Assembly: GCA_900313815.1 (NCBI GenBank) | Contig: OMST01000008.1 | Span: 1-58,998 of the forward strand | DNA length: 58,998 bases | Source of the DNA: an uncultured Eubacteriales bacterium | Lineage (GTDB): Bacteria; Bacillota_I; Bacilli_A; RF39; UBA660 | Reading direction: 5' to 3' | Translations under genes and position numbers: made by a program | The notes under the pieces: generated by a model | Told to the model about the DNA's origin: nothing | The model's input: only the letters and a program-made list of their open reading frames with translations | The model's database searches: none | Part shown: piece by piece, positions 58,709-58,998 of the stretch | How positions within the stretch are numbered: position 1 is the first letter of the stretch | Layout: the number at the start of each line of letters is the position of its first letter

Positions 58709-58787
58709 ATATACCATCCTTCCTATACTCTTCAATTATAATGGTTTCTATTTTAATAAACAAGTATATAGAAAAATTTCACTGTAA

Positions 58788-58814
58788 ATTAAAAAAGAAC
58801 TTATATAGTTCTTT
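58788..58814 (-). terminator. Rho-independent terminator 10 nt downstream of the tRNA fragment
   Basis: aaagaact (58794-58801) / agttcttt (58807-58814) with a 5-nt loop. U6 follows on the minus strand. Confidence 0.6.
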
Positions 58815-58824
58815 ACTTTTAAAG

Positions 58825-58869
58825 TGGTGTCCTCGGCACGATTCGAACGTGTGACCGACGGCTTAGAAG
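58825..58869 (-). pseudogene. 3' half (positions 32-76) of tRNA-Arg(UCU); no 5' half present
   Basis: Minus strand reads CUUCUAA-GCCGU-CGGUC-ACACG-UUCGAAU-CGUGC-CGAGGAC-A-CCA. In order these are: anticodon loop with UCU, 3' anticodon stem, 5-nt variable loop, T arm, 3' acceptor strand, discriminator and CCA, exactly 45 nt. The required partners ACGGC and GUCCUCG are absent from the 129 nt remaining upstream. Confidence 0.75.
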
Positions 58870-58998
58870 CTACTAGATTATATTGCTTCTATACACCATT
58901 TGTAAATTTACAAAGTCGCTTATTCCTTTTATTTACAAGCAATTCTTAATTACATATTGTTCTATAGATATTTATAATCAAAAATCAGTGCCTTAAAA

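Noticed and set aside
7176-58735. N-terminal extensions given by the longest-ORF track for uvrA, pilin-like B, the adhesin, the SecA-like gene, dnaE, pbp2B, rsmH, mraZ, the DUF1292 gene and the 58115 gene
   Set aside because: In each case an internal ATG is preceded by a good Shine-Dalgarno sequence and yields the family-typical N-terminus (for example MDKIIIKNAHENNL, MKRNGFTLIELL, MFNKKRLFIF signal peptide, MLMGEFHHNIDEK). Several upstream starts are GTG or TTG codons with no RBS.
58860-58870. Alternative reading of the loop as UUCUAAG with anticodon CUA (amber suppressor)
   Set aside because: That reading requires a 4-nt variable loop. The 5-nt variable loop CGGUC, with G46 and C48 in their usual places, and the loop CU-UCU-AA (U33, A37) fit tRNA-Arg(UCU) better. 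Either way the 5' stem strand is missing.
58825-58998. Complete tRNA gene or tmRNA 3' end
   Set aside because: The 5' acceptor strand GUCCUCG, the D arm and the 5' anticodon-stem strand are absent from the 129 nt upstream. The acceptor end CGAGGAC-A-CCA lacks the G3:U70 alanine identity expected of tmRNA. It is therefore called a tRNA fragment.
1-58998. Alternative genetic code (UGA as Trp), as in some AT-rich Mollicutes-related lineages
   Set aside because: Standard-code ORFs give full-length, motif-complete proteins (UvrA, DnaE, SecA, PBP2B, GlyRS), and Trp is encoded by TGG. No gene appears to be broken by in-frame TGA.

Overview
Very AT-rich chromosomal segment; hand counts of typical 60-nt lines give about 20-30% GC. 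It comes from an endospore-forming Bacillota (Firmicutes) genome, as shown by spoIVA, a SigH-like sigma factor, a SirA/YneE-like gene, T-box leaders and Gram-positive dcw genes. About 55 protein genes are present and all but two are on the minus strand.

Most of the window is housekeeping:
- DNA repair and replication: ruvA/ruvB, uvrA, dnaE, rnhB, holA.
- Cell division and envelope: divIVA, sepF, lgt, a signal peptidase I, and a split dcw cluster (mraZ-rsmH-ftsL-pbp2B ... mraY-ftsW).
- Translation: rlmB, plus glyQS and trpS, each with a T-box leader.
- Other: an MscS channel, an ABC exporter pair and hemW.

No CRISPR array, IS element, integrase, reverse transcriptase or recognisable defence gene was seen.

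Non-routine content:
1. Three genes encode perfect prepilin-type (class III) N-termini fused to unrelated C-terminal domains. No pilus assembly genes are in the window. One of them (27398-29188) is a monocistronic, locally GC-rich gene between divIVA and dnaE. It combines a pilin stalk, CxxC repeats and a large glycine-rich domain.
2. A 1714-aa secreted repeat/vWA adhesin-like protein carries 429-bp tandem repeats, lies next to signal peptidase I and has no recognisable anchor.
3. A divergent SecA paralogue sits outside the canonical secA context.
4. An exact 45-nt 3' half of tRNA-Arg(UCU) lies at the right edge. It looks like an att-type junction of an integrated element lying beyond the window.

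Functional calls come from motifs read in the translations and from remembered family patterns. No database search was run.
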